Assembly: GCA_963807605.1 (NCBI GenBank)
Contig: CAWECG010000001.1
Span: 32,001 to 96,000 of the forward strand
Direction of reading: 5' to 3'
Length of the DNA: 64,000 nt
Origin: Candidatus Bathyarchaeota archaeon
GTDB lineage: Archaea; Thermoproteota; Bathyarchaeia; 40CM-2-53-6; RBG-13-38-9
The position numbers and the translations under genes are program-made. Positions 1 to 8,930 of the stretch are shown here, in pieces. Numbering within the stretch: position 1 is the first letter of the stretch; every line of letters starts with the position of its first letter. A model generated the notes under the pieces. The model saw only the letters and a list, made by a program, of their open reading frames with translations, ran no database searches and was not told where the DNA came from.

Positions 1-1
1 T

Positions 2-133
2 GTTCCCTTTGATTCCGCCAAGCAAGGACTCCCCTTCATAGCCGAATCTTACGTGACAACCGCGGAGCTCTGGTGCATGACCTGCTATCGTACTCGAGAG
101 AAGAAACCTGACGAGGCTGAGTGTATAGCTTGA
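2..133 (+). CDS. 3' end of a small viral Cys-containing protein (partial, ...ELWCMTCYRT...)
   Basis: Open frame from the window edge with a CxxC motif; its stop overlaps the next TTG start (TTGA). Confidence 0.5.
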   Translation, partial: VPFDSAKQGLPFIAESYVTTAELWCMTCYRTREKKPDEAECIA

Positions 134-228
134 CCTGCCCCCGCTGCGGATCCCCAATGGCCCTCGTTGCTGACATCGTCGTCTGCACTCTCTGCCCGAT
201 GGCGATCCCGAGGTTCCTGGTGGTTTGA
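130..228 (+). CDS. 32-aa zinc-ribbon microprotein MTCPRCGSPMALVADIVVCTLCPMAIPRFLVV
   Basis: CPxCG...CxxC motif; 4-nt TTGA overlaps at both ends; below the ORF-track size cutoff. Confidence 0.65.
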   Translation: MTCPRCGSPMALVADIVVCTLCPMAIPRFLVV

Positions 229-335
229 GTCTCTGCGACACCTGCCATTACACCCGAGCCTACTGTCCCCGAGGCATAACGGCGGGTAAGGATGTGACGG
301 TCTGCTACTACTATGAGAGAGAAGGCATACTTTGA
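225..335 (+). CDS. 36-aa Cys-rich microprotein MSLCDTCHYTRAYCPRGITAGKDVTVCYYYEREGIL
   Basis: CxxC-x6-C-x12-C pattern; TTGA overlap upstream; stop directly abuts the ATG at 336. Confidence 0.6.
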   Translation: MSLCDTCHYTRAYCPRGITAGKDVTVCYYYEREGIL

Positions 336-719
336 ATGAGCACTCCAAATGAACCAGTGACCCGTGGTGCACCGAAGAATACTGGCGGTAGACCACAGCG
401 TAAGCCAGTTCCTTGGCCTAAGAGATTCAAACTTGACACCAGAGACGACGCTAGGGCTTTTCACCGCAACTATATCAAGACGGTTTGGACTGAGAACCCG
501 ATGGATAGTCGCGCCGCTGGATCCTTGAATATGGCTTTACGATTGCTCTATGAGCTGGAGGGGTGGATTCAGAAGGCTCCACTGCAGATTATTCAAGCTC
601 AGACCGTTGTGAAGTTTAACGTTGAAGAGTTGAAGCAGAAACTTGACGCTTTCAGCCAGGAAGAACAGCGAGTCCTCGCTAGAGCAATTGCCAAACTTGA
701 AGCTAGCACTAGCACATAA
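336..719 (+). CDS. Probable terminase small subunit
   Basis: Basic N-terminus (GGRPQRK), helical, 127 aa, immediately upstream of and overlapping TerL. Confidence 0.6.
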   Translation: MSTPNEPVTRGAPKNTGGRPQRKPVPWPKRFKLDTRDDARAFHRNYIKTVWTENPMDSRAAGSLNMALRLLYELEGWIQKAPLQIIQAQTVVKFNVEELKQKLDAFSQEEQRVLARAIAKLEASTST

Positions 720-2010
720 GGATCCCATTAGTTTAGCGTCGCTCTATGCTAAAACGAACCCTAGTCCCGGACAGACTAGATTCATGGAGGCTATCTGTTC
801 CACAGCTCCAGAACACCGTCAAATAGTAGTGAAGACTTGCAGGAAAGGCGGCAAAACCATAAGCGTCGCAGTTGCATTCGCCAGCCTATTCCTCACAGAA
901 CCCACCATCAGGATCTTTCACCTATCTGGTAGCTATCTTCAAGCCTCAAGACTCTACGATTACTTCAAGCCAATAGTTGTCAATGAAGAACTCTTTCCAG
1001 ATGCTCTCGAGTCAGAGCCAACAAGATACTTTACCAGATTCAAGAAAGGCGGCTGCCTAGAAGTAGCAACCGCCAGCGCAAAGAGCATCCGAGGCGGAGA
1101 CTATGACATTCTCAGCATCGACGAAGCCGTTCTGGTTCCTCCACCCTTGATTGATGCGGCTTGGGCACTGCCACGTGCCTCTAAACGTCCAAAGAGAATA
1201 ATCACTAGCACCGCCAGCCCCGAGGTCAACCTTGAATGGTTCCTCCGGCTTTGGCAGCAAGCACAGCAATTAGGCTTCGAACCCTTTGAATGGCAACCTG
1301 AAGAATGCACTTGGCTCAACACCGACGATAATGCTCTCGCCAGAAAGATACTTGACAGCGTCACCTACGCAATTGAGTATGAGGGCAAGATTGGCGAGCG
1401 GAAAGGACTGGTCTGGAGCGGCAACCTAGTCAATGAGAAAGGCGAAGCCAAATCACTCATCGACAGTGCAATAGTGGATCCGCGAAGGGCAGAACAATAC
1501 CCCATCCCCCTGGCGCCTCCTGCAACCGAATGGTCATGTGGTCTCGACTGGGGATTCACACACCCCACCGTCCTCACAGTCTGGGAGAAACAGGGCGAAA
1601 CCGTCTATGCTCGTGACTGCAGAATATGGAGTGAGACGCGGTTCACAGAGATAATGCAGGAGATCAAGGAGGACTACGGCAACATTACAGTCAACGCTGA
1701 CTCCTCCAGTCCCGGTGAGATTGCGGAGTTGAAGAGTCTCGGCGTCACCGTCGTCCCCGTCATCTTCAGCAAGGAGAAGAGTGAGCTTATCAGTCATATT
1801 CGCTGGCGTCTCGAGAACAGGTTCCTGAAGATTCCAGACCCGGAAGTTGACAGCCGATTTTTCACTCTTGTTCAACAGATGAAAGCCTACCACTACGATG
1901 CCAGCGGTAAGCCGGCCAAGGTAAACGACGACGCTGTTGACTCAATGATTTGTGGAATGAAATTCTTTCTGCATCCACCAGTGATGCCGTTTGAGGCGAA
2001 AATCTTCTAA
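643..2010 (+). CDS. terL: Terminase large subunit (true start may be TTG 688 or 697)
   Basis: Walker A-like CRKGGKT, Walker B ILSIDEA, RNase H-like CGLDWG and C-terminal NDDAVDS. Confidence 0.93.
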   Translation: MTLSARKNSESSLEQLPNLKLALAHKDPISLASLYAKTNPSPGQTRFMEAICSTAPEHRQIVVKTCRKGGKTISVAVAFASLFLTEPTIRIFHLSGSYLQASRLYDYFKPIVVNEELFPDALESEPTRYFTRFKKGGCLEVATASAKSIRGGDYDILSIDEAVLVPPPLIDAAWALPRASKRPKRIITSTASPEVNLEWFLRLWQQAQQLGFEPFEWQPEECTWLNTDDNALARKILDSVTYAIEYEGKIGERKGLVWSGNLVNEKGEAKSLIDSAIVDPRRAEQYPIPLAPPATEWSCGLDWGFTHPTVLTVWEKQGETVYARDCRIWSETRFTEIMQEIKEDYGNITVNADSSSPGEIAELKSLGVTVVPVIFSKEKSELISHIRWRLENRFLKIPDPEVDSRFFTLVQQMKAYHYDASGKPAKVNDDAVDSMICGMKFFLHPPVMPFEAKIF

Positions 2011-2013
2011 GGT

Positions 2014-3789
2014 TTGAGAATAATGCCACACTGGCCTACACTATTCAACCGGACCAAGCAGGCAATCATAGAAGTTCCACCATCACCATCGCCAATTCAA
2101 CTCTATGAGGGACATGTCTGGGGAACAGCGCCAGATGATGAGACACCATTTAAAGGCATCAACTACTCCGTAACAGTTGACCAGACTGGTAAAGTACGAC
2201 CCGGCGCAATGTCGCGAACCCAGGTCTGGAAGCAGAACGATAAAATCTTTGAGATGCGCAGCGAAGTCAGCAGCGCCTTCATGGCCCTCGCCGGCTACGT
2301 CATCGCAAGAGGCTTCGTCACAGTTGCAACAGATCCAAAGGATCCCACTGCTATTAATGCTAAGGACATTTGTGACAAGTACACGCAGGATATTGGATTA
2401 GACCAGATAATCTATGAAGGCACCATGGACCTGGCGAAGCACGGCAACCTCTTCCTTGAGAACAAGATAGTTACCGGTAAACTCTTGGACACCCGACTCT
2501 TTCCCTGGCAGGACGCAATGGAGCCCGCGACTCTGACAGCTGACGGTGAGATTGCGACCTGGCGACAATATGTACCCGGCAAGCAATCCATCGAGTTTGA
2601 ACCTGAAGAAATAGTACACATAAGGCTTCCACCCTTGGATGAGCAACGATTCGGCACCCCACTGCTTCAATCCGTCAAGAAAGTGTTGGCTACAAATGAC
2701 CAGTTGGAAACCGACGTCGGAGCCTACATGCATGGATCCGCCTTTCCAAAGGAAATATTCAGTTTGAGCAGTCCACAGCCTGAGCGGGAACTCTCTGTTA
2801 ACAGTGTTCAACTAGCTTATGCCCGTCTTCGACAGTGGAATCCCGGCGACAAATTCGTCACCGACATGAATGTGAACTATCAAACAGCGGGAGTTGGCAG
2901 ATTTGAAAGTCGCCTGATACCCAGTTTCGTCAGCGATAACGCGGATAAGTGTGTTAGCGGCCTCATAATGCCAACCACATCGTACCTGCGAAGTGCAACT
3001 GAAGCCTCCGCCGCCACCATGGAGGATCATGCGAATCGTGCGCTTATAATGCCTATTCAGCGGATTTGGAAGCGCAAGATTGAGCTTGAAATGTTCAAGC
3101 CTCTCCTAGTCGGCGAAGGCATAGACGAGAAATATGTTCCCCAAATTGTTTTTGGATTACCAACAGAAGAGGAAGTCGCAAGTAAAACAGTGAGGATCAT
3201 CAGCATGTACACAGCTGGACTCCAGCAAGGCCAGCCGGGACTGCTTGACCGAGCGGAGTGTCGCGGCCTCTTAGACATTGCAGACCCTGAGAAACCACCT
3301 GAACCAATGCCGGCAACACAGCCGGGAAAAACAGGTTTGAACGCACCCACGCCCGCGGAACCAGTGACACCTCCTGAAGATGAAGGTGAACCTGCGGAAC
3401 CTGAAACTGAGAATGATGATGAGACGCCGGAGAAGAGACCGGGGTTAACTCCAACATTGCCGAAGACTCCTGATAGTGAGGAGCCTGAACAGGAAGAAAA
3501 ACCCGTGAAGGGTAGGCCTCACATCAATAAGCTTCATGAACGAAGCAAGTTGTGGACTGACCAACTGCAACAGGTAGTTAAGAATTACATGGAGAAGAAG
3601 GTCAATGAGAAAGAAGCCCGCAGTCAAGCAGTCACAGTCATTAATGTTCACTGTGAGCAGGTTGGAAAGATTGCTCTTGAACGATTGAAGACTACGAGTC
3701 TACCGCCGGAGACTGTTAGCCAGATTGAACGTTTGAAGCAGCAGGCTCTTCGAGACTTCGAGAAGATACTGAAGGATGTTAAAACTTGA
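2014..3789 (+). CDS. Portal protein with a Pro/Glu-rich linker and C-terminal helical extension
   Basis: Follows TerL; portal-like motifs HGNLFLE, FEPEEIVHIR...RFGTPLL and LLDRAECR. Confidence 0.85.
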   Translation: MRIMPHWPTLFNRTKQAIIEVPPSPSPIQLYEGHVWGTAPDDETPFKGINYSVTVDQTGKVRPGAMSRTQVWKQNDKIFEMRSEVSSAFMALAGYVIARGFVTVATDPKDPTAINAKDICDKYTQDIGLDQIIYEGTMDLAKHGNLFLENKIVTGKLLDTRLFPWQDAMEPATLTADGEIATWRQYVPGKQSIEFEPEEIVHIRLPPLDEQRFGTPLLQSVKKVLATNDQLETDVGAYMHGSAFPKEIFSLSSPQPERELSVNSVQLAYARLRQWNPGDKFVTDMNVNYQTAGVGRFESRLIPSFVSDNADKCVSGLIMPTTSYLRSATEASAATMEDHANRALIMPIQRIWKRKIELEMFKPLLVGEGIDEKYVPQIVFGLPTEEEVASKTVRIISMYTAGLQQGQPGLLDRAECRGLLDIADPEKPPEPMPATQPGKTGLNAPTPAEPVTPPEDEGEPAEPETENDDETPEKRPGLTPTLPKTPDSEEPEQEEKPVKGRPHINKLHERSKLWTDQLQQVVKNYMEKKVNEKEARSQAVTVINVHCEQVGKIALERLKTTSLPPETVSQIERLKQQALRDFEKILKDVKT

Positions 3790-4076
3790 GCCTGCAGGTT
3801 CAGGAAGCCTTCTGGACAAGCATGGAAGGCATTCTACAACGCATAGCCCTACTCGCTAAGAATTATGCTTGGCAGATTTACGGCATAATCATAGGCAATC
3901 ATGCAGAGCAGCTCATCTGGCGTACTAATCCTGAAATGAGCAAGAGCGGCCCATGCGATTTTTGCATAGACCTAGAGGCTGGCTCACCCTACAAGAAAGG
4001 TGAGGAACCCGATTATCCTGCACATCCAGACTGTTGCTGTGATCTGGATCTGGTTGAGGCTAACGAAGAACCATAA
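3786..4076 (+). CDS. Short MuF/SPP1 gp7-like minor head protein (C-terminal Cys/His domain only)
   Basis: CDFC...PAHPDCCC resembles the MuF CxxC...PxHPNCRC motif; lies after the portal gene. Confidence 0.7.
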   Translation: MSLQVQEAFWTSMEGILQRIALLAKNYAWQIYGIIIGNHAEQLIWRTNPEMSKSGPCDFCIDLEAGSPYKKGEEPDYPAHPDCCCDLDLVEANEEP

Positions 4077-4084
4077 CAAAATAG

Positions 4085-4495
4085 ATGCGTGTTATCATGA
4101 ATAATCGTTTCTTGATAGTGGCAGTTCTGCTCGGAGTCATCTTAGGATCCCCAGTCGGCTACTACTTCGCAGTCTGCGGCGAATACAACCTCACACATGA
4201 AAATACCCAATTCAACAGTACCATAAGAATCCACATAGTGGTTAAGGATGCTTTCGGATTCAGGCGAGTCAACTTCAACATGGTCTGCCAAGTTGAAAGC
4301 ATCATGTACTTTCCAACCTACAGCATACACGCATATTCCATGGCGCCCTGCCAAATCCAGATGGGACAGGCGTATCTTGTCTGGGTCTTCACAGTTGACT
4401 ATACGCTTACCGTTCGCTTCACATCAGCGCTCGGTAACTTCACTGAGACGTTTCATGTAGGCAATGAGACGGCGACACCAAGTCAAGCTGCCTAG
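4085..4495 (+). CDS. Membrane-anchored hypothetical protein (possible moron)
   Basis: N-terminal hydrophobic helix FLIVAVLLGVILG, several NxT sequons, T-tract after the stop. Confidence 0.6.
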   Translation: MRVIMNNRFLIVAVLLGVILGSPVGYYFAVCGEYNLTHENTQFNSTIRIHIVVKDAFGFRRVNFNMVCQVESIMYFPTYSIHAYSMAPCQIQMGQAYLVWVFTVDYTLTVRFTSALGNFTETFHVGNETATPSQAA

Positions 4496-4526
4496 TTTTC
4501 TAATCACTCAAGGAGGGTGATGCAAT

Positions 4527-4817
4527 ATGAATTATGGAGAGTTCAAGAAACGTGATCCCGCCCTAGCAAACGCTGTGGCGGAGCTAGTTGGAAACTACAG
4601 CCCCGACTATTATCGAGGTTTCATCCGAGCTGTCAATATCGTTCAGGGCGACCGAGCATCCAACATTGATCGTTCTGAGGAGTACAAGGCTTACTGCAAA
4701 TTCAAGATTGGAGAACCCGGGGAAGTACAAATCAAAGACATGGTAGTCCAAGAACCAGAGATGCCGGAATTCTACGCGCCACAAAAGAGGAAACGAAAGT
4801 ATGTCGCAGAAGCTTGA
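4527..4817 (+). CDS. Hypothetical viral protein
   Basis: Strong SD (GGAGGGTGA) upstream; overlaps the protease start. Confidence 0.6.
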   Translation: MNYGEFKKRDPALANAVAELVGNYSPDYYRGFIRAVNIVQGDRASNIDRSEEYKAYCKFKIGEPGEVQIKDMVVQEPEMPEFYAPQKRKRKYVAEA

Positions 4818-6561
4818 AGTCAAGGAATCCTTCGAGTGGGCAGGGCCAATAAGCCTCTACAAGACTGAGAATGACGGTGCAAGAATCTATAAGGGCCGTG
4901 CTATTAGCGCCCGAATAAGCGGCAACAAAGTCAAATATGCTCCTGAAGAATTAAAATCAGCAGCAAAAAGCCTTGCCGACCATCCCCTAAACATCAACCA
5001 TAAAATTCCATTACCCTTCGACTCTACTAGGCAAACCATTGATAATCGCACATTAGACTCAGACTATAATCCTAAAACAAAAGCAGTCGAAGTCATCTAT
5101 CGTGTGGTTGATAAAAAAACAAACGACCTCTACGATCAGGGGAAAATCAATCACCTTAGCATCGAAGGAGCCGCACGAGATAAGCAGCCAAGCACAGGCG
5201 GATCTGAGGAAGCACAGGGATTACACTTCAATGGTCTAGCCTTAGTCACAAAAGATGTAACACCGGGGGACCCGACGACAAACATCAGTCTATGGGAGAC
5301 TGTTCAATTCTACGAGACTACCGTCGACCGGTTGCTAGGTGAACGGCCCGACCTTGCAGCCGCTACTAACGAGGAAGGCAAGACCCTTAGCCAAATGCTT
5401 AAGGATGCTCAAGTTGTCGCCGTCTGCAAGTGTGGCACCGAGTTTGATCCCACGTTAAAGGCTTGTCCCAAATGTAACGAACACTTCGAAGTGAAAGGCA
5501 AGCTAGTCTTACGATCACCAGATAACGAGGTGAAAAAAGATATGAGTAATAAAGTAGAAACTCCAAAATCAACCGAGAAAGTTGAGGAAGCAGGCTGGGG
5601 CGCCGCAGACTGGCCCAACTCCTGCTTCGCCTACGTTCCTAAAGACGGTAATCCAAGCGACCGTAAACTGCCCTACAAGAACAAGGATGGATCCGTAGAC
5701 ATACCCCATGTGAGAAACGCGTTGGCTCGTCTAGACCAGACTCAAGGCATCCCACCTGCCGAGAAAGAGGAGATTCGAACAATGCTGCAGAATCTCCTCA
5801 AGAAAGACAATCCAGACTATGAACCCTCAGAGAATAAAGCCCGCGTTGTAGCAGCTAAGGAAGAGAAGGATCCCCACATCGAGATCCCAGCGGTGTATGA
5901 TGGAATTGCGGGAGCGATGCATGAGAAGAAGATCGCGCCTGAAGTCTATCAAGAACTCAAACGCATCGCGACTAACAGCATCAACAAGGCCCAAGACCTA
6001 GACAGCAAGATCAATATTATTCGAGACCTGCAGAACAGTCAGATCGCTGAGATCAGTAAAGAAGTTGCCAAGGCAAACGAGGAACTCAAGAAGGTCGCAG
6101 CTTCAGCATCAACGAAGGCTGAAGTTATGGATGCCGTAACCAAGGTCGACGTTAAACTCAGCGGCGAACTAACTGAGACTAAGGAGCAGGTTCAAAAGCG
6201 TATCGAAGCAGGCGAGCTAGACAAGAAAGCAACGGAGACACAAGTAAAAAGCTTCAGCGAAACCATCACAGCACTCGGCCAGCGACTCGAAGCCTTCACG
6301 AAGAAGGTTGATGAAACCATGGAGAACATTCGCAAGGGCATGGAATCCTTCGATAAACGTGTTGACGGTGCAGTGAAGATAGCTGAGACAGTTAAGGAGA
6401 CTATTGAAAGCCGCAAGGCACTCAAGACTATACCGTTCAAAGGCACACACCCCGACGCATTGAAAGAAACTGTTGAAGCACCAGCAACACCGAAGACCGA
6501 GTCAACAGTTGACGAGGCTATTCAGGAAGCATGGACCAACAAGCTCAAGAAGAGACTGTAA
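4801..6561 (+). CDS. Prohead protease fused to a Zn ribbon, a small conserved domain and a coiled-coil scaffold
   Basis: PLNINH / HLSIEG / FNGLALV protease-type motifs; CKCG...CPKC; RKLPY...HVRNALARL domain; long Lys/Glu heptad-rich C-terminus. Confidence 0.8.
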   Translation: MSQKLEVKESFEWAGPISLYKTENDGARIYKGRAISARISGNKVKYAPEELKSAAKSLADHPLNINHKIPLPFDSTRQTIDNRTLDSDYNPKTKAVEVIYRVVDKKTNDLYDQGKINHLSIEGAARDKQPSTGGSEEAQGLHFNGLALVTKDVTPGDPTTNISLWETVQFYETTVDRLLGERPDLAAATNEEGKTLSQMLKDAQVVAVCKCGTEFDPTLKACPKCNEHFEVKGKLVLRSPDNEVKKDMSNKVETPKSTEKVEEAGWGAADWPNSCFAYVPKDGNPSDRKLPYKNKDGSVDIPHVRNALARLDQTQGIPPAEKEEIRTMLQNLLKKDNPDYEPSENKARVVAAKEEKDPHIEIPAVYDGIAGAMHEKKIAPEVYQELKRIATNSINKAQDLDSKINIIRDLQNSQIAEISKEVAKANEELKKVAASASTKAEVMDAVTKVDVKLSGELTETKEQVQKRIEAGELDKKATETQVKSFSETITALGQRLEAFTKKVDETMENIRKGMESFDKRVDGAVKIAETVKETIESRKALKTIPFKGTHPDALKETVEAPATPKTESTVDEAIQEAWTNKLKKRL

Positions 6562-6842
6562 ACTGGACTAAGGAATACTATTACGTTGACGAAGTCAGCG
6601 ACATCAGCTTCCACGACGACTACGTTGAACTACACTTGAAAAGACGAAGCGGACACATCTTCATAGGACACCCCATCACCCTACCCCAACTCGCAGCCAG
6701 CAAAGAAATCCTAAAGGGCGACTGGGTCCGAGTTGACTTCATACAGAACGGCTACAGCGCTATTGGAGTTCACCGACTTTTAGAGCTCCGGAAGGCAACA
6801 CTTGAAGACTTAGACATTGCGGCTAAGCAAGGCGAATTATAG
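6531..6842 (+). CDS. Hypothetical beta-rich viral protein
   Basis: 103-aa ORF coupled to the protease gene and followed by a T7 tract. Confidence 0.55.
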   Translation: MDQQAQEETVNWTKEYYYVDEVSDISFHDDYVELHLKRRSGHIFIGHPITLPQLAASKEILKGDWVRVDFIQNGYSAIGVHRLLELRKATLEDLDIAAKQGEL

Positions 6843-6849
6843 TTTTTTT
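6843..6849 (+). terminator. Oligo-T archaeal terminator candidate
   Basis: TTTTTTT directly after the stop at 6842. Confidence 0.45.
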
Positions 6850-6853
6850 CATG

Positions 6854-7116
6854 GTCACGCAGAATATCCGATACGTGACGCTGCTCCAAAAGTGGCAGAA
6901 TTGTTGTCGGAAGATTCTGCATGATAGAGCTAGCCCCGCGATGATGAGGGCTTAAAGAACCGACAGGCTGCAGTAACTTAGACTAAACTGCAAGGACTCG
7001 GTCGCAAACCGAGCGCCTGTCGTTATATTCACGCCTGTAAGACGGGCGGGTACACGGCACCCGTTCCCTAATCCTCGAAATGACGGGAGCCAAACCAGCG
7101 CACCTACTCAAGCGCT
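6854..7116 (+). ncRNA. Candidate structured non-coding RNA or leader upstream of the capsid genes
   Basis: The only long ORF-free gap in the viral operon, tiled by stems: 6854-6873/6905-6924; AGCCC/GGGCT; CGACAGGC/GCCTGTCG enclosing TGCAGT/ACTGCA and CTCGGT/ACCGAG; CGCCTGT/ACGGGCG; CGGGT/ACCCG; GTTCCC/GGGAGC; AGCGC/GCGCT. Confidence 0.65.
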
Positions 7117-7137
7117 TAACAAATGGAGTGATGAGAA

Positions 7138-7575
7138 ATGGCAATAGATTATTGGCCTCAGAAAGACGGCGTAATATCACTAAACCCAGTAGTCGGCTTC
7201 TTCATGACCGGCGACACATCAGTCGTCAACGGCTTAGGAGTCCAATGCTACACATCTGACACTGCTGGACAAGTCACGATTATGCTTGCCACAGCCAAGC
7301 AGGGTTGGGGCATAGCATTGGCAACACAGGCAACAGCCGGAAAAACTGTTCCCGTTTGCACTCGCGGATTTGTCAAGGCAATAGCAGGCGGAACCTATAC
7401 TCGAAACCTCGCGGTTGCTTTTGACTCAGCCGGCAAGGTTGTGGCACTAGCAGACCAAGCAGTCAACGAGTCCGGGTCATCCACCTACACGATCTATTAC
7501 AGCGCTAAGATTGGCAGAGCAATGCGGAGTGGAACACAGAGTGGCGATGAGATTCTCATCTACCTGAACCCATAG
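7138..7575 (+). CDS. Capsid decoration/cement protein (DUF2190-like)
   Basis: Small Ala/Gly/Thr-rich protein (WGIAL...VPVCTRG...KIGRAM...GDEILIYL) immediately before the MCP. Confidence 0.75.
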   Translation: MAIDYWPQKDGVISLNPVVGFFMTGDTSVVNGLGVQCYTSDTAGQVTIMLATAKQGWGIALATQATAGKTVPVCTRGFVKAIAGGTYTRNLAVAFDSAGKVVALADQAVNESGSSTYTIYYSAKIGRAMRSGTQSGDEILIYLNP

Positions 7576-7588
7576 GAGCGGAAGAATC

Positions 7589-8659
7589 TTGATGCAACTC
7601 AAAGAAATAGGAACCCTAATGGAAACCCAGCTTAAAGACAAGTTGGGAATCACCGGCAGCGAATCTATGGAGAAATTCATGAAGATGCAAGCCGGATCCA
7701 AGAAGTCTGAAGGCTTCGTGGATCCGATAAGTTTCAGCCCCTACAAGGATGAAGTCTACGGCAGACTGCGAAAGACAAGTCTAAACCAGCTCTACGAGAT
7801 CGTAGGCGGCGGAACCGGCACAGACTGGATAAGCTTCGTCATACCCATCAAAATCTACCAGGTAATGGCTGATGCTTTCTATGATGCAGACATCGGCGAC
7901 GAAATCCTAGCCGCAGACATTCCTAACTTCGACGGTGGAACCCTCAACTACCTATGGGGAACCATCGACAGCATGTATCCTGTAGACTACGCAGAGCCCG
8001 GTTCACCTCCAATGGTTCAGATAGAACCCGACAAGGCAGCCCTCACCCCTACACCCTTCGGAATGGACATGGCGATTTCCAGATCGTTGGTTGAAGACTC
8101 AGCCTTCGGGCTGGTTGAAACCTACGTTCGCAATGCGGGTGCGGCTATGGGATTCTTCGCCACCGCTAAGATTCTTAAAGCCCTATACGCAGGCTACGAT
8201 GCCACAGACAATGCAGTCGCAGGATCCAGCGGCGCCATCACGGTCCAACAGGTTCTAGCAGCGAAAGGCAAAGTGGAGAATCAGGGTGGACTCGCAGACA
8301 AATGCGTAGTCACCGCACCTATGAAGACTAACATATTCGGCGATACCGCAACCTTCAATCTAGCACTTCTATGGAAACAGAAACAGGTCCAAGACTACGA
8401 CATTAACGGCACCTTCGAAATGGAATGGTACACCAGAAGGGCAGTCACATTCAATGGACTCTACGACACACCCACCAGCAAGTATTACGCTCTAATCTTC
8501 GAGCAGGCCCGTGGAGCAGTCCGAGCGTGGAAGCGACCCCTAACCATCACCAACTACGACGAACCCAACGAGGGCTACGTCGGAGCAGCGGTGACGGCTA
8601 GGCAGGCAAGTGCGGCTATCCATGACGGACGCTACGTCAGCGCCATCCTCGAGACCTAA
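7589..8659 (+). CDS. Major capsid protein (HK97 fold)
   Basis: 356 aa, expected position, FVIPIKIY, FGMDMAISRSLVEDS motif. Confidence 0.85.
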   Translation: MMQLKEIGTLMETQLKDKLGITGSESMEKFMKMQAGSKKSEGFVDPISFSPYKDEVYGRLRKTSLNQLYEIVGGGTGTDWISFVIPIKIYQVMADAFYDADIGDEILAADIPNFDGGTLNYLWGTIDSMYPVDYAEPGSPPMVQIEPDKAALTPTPFGMDMAISRSLVEDSAFGLVETYVRNAGAAMGFFATAKILKALYAGYDATDNAVAGSSGAITVQQVLAAKGKVENQGGLADKCVVTAPMKTNIFGDTATFNLALLWKQKQVQDYDINGTFEMEWYTRRAVTFNGLYDTPTSKYYALIFEQARGAVRAWKRPLTITNYDEPNEGYVGAAVTARQASAAIHDGRYVSAILET

Positions 8660-8668
8660 GCAAATAAT

Positions 8669-8682
8669 CGAACATATGTTCG
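8669..8682. promoter_or_regulatory. Perfect 14-bp palindrome CGAACATATGTTCG, candidate operator
   Basis: Exact inverted repeat in the MCP 3' gap, with an extra half-site CGAAC at 8689-8693. Confidence 0.45.
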
Positions 8683-8753
8683 GTAAAACGAACAATCATT
8701 TCTAACCCTGTCTTATTGACGCGACAGGTTTCCCAATCACATAGTGGAGGTGA

Positions 8754-8930
8754 GTTGTTGTTGTTGTAGATACACAGAAGGAACTGTTTGAATCAAAAGA
8801 TCAATTAGAAGTAATCAATACGCCTGACAATCTGCTCGTCATAAAGAAAAAGGGCAAGACCGTTGCCGTCTTCAAGAACTGGTTGTACTGGTATGTTTCT
8901 CCAACCATAGAGCTAGGTTCCTATGTTTGA
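8754..8930 (+). CDS. Small hypothetical protein lacking a canonical in-frame start (...LLVIKKKGKTVAVFKNWLYW...)
   Basis: 58 open codons behind a perfect SD GGAGGTGA; stop overlaps the ATG of the next gene (ATGTTTGA). Confidence 0.5.
   Translation, partial: VVVVVDTQKELFESKDQLEVINTPDNLLVIKKKGKTVAVFKNWLYWYVSPTIELGSYV

Noticed and set aside
6940-7085. Hammerhead or group I intron in the viral structured region
   Set aside because: No CUGANGA core and no P7 (GACUA/UAGUC) pairing; retained only as an unclassified RNA candidate.
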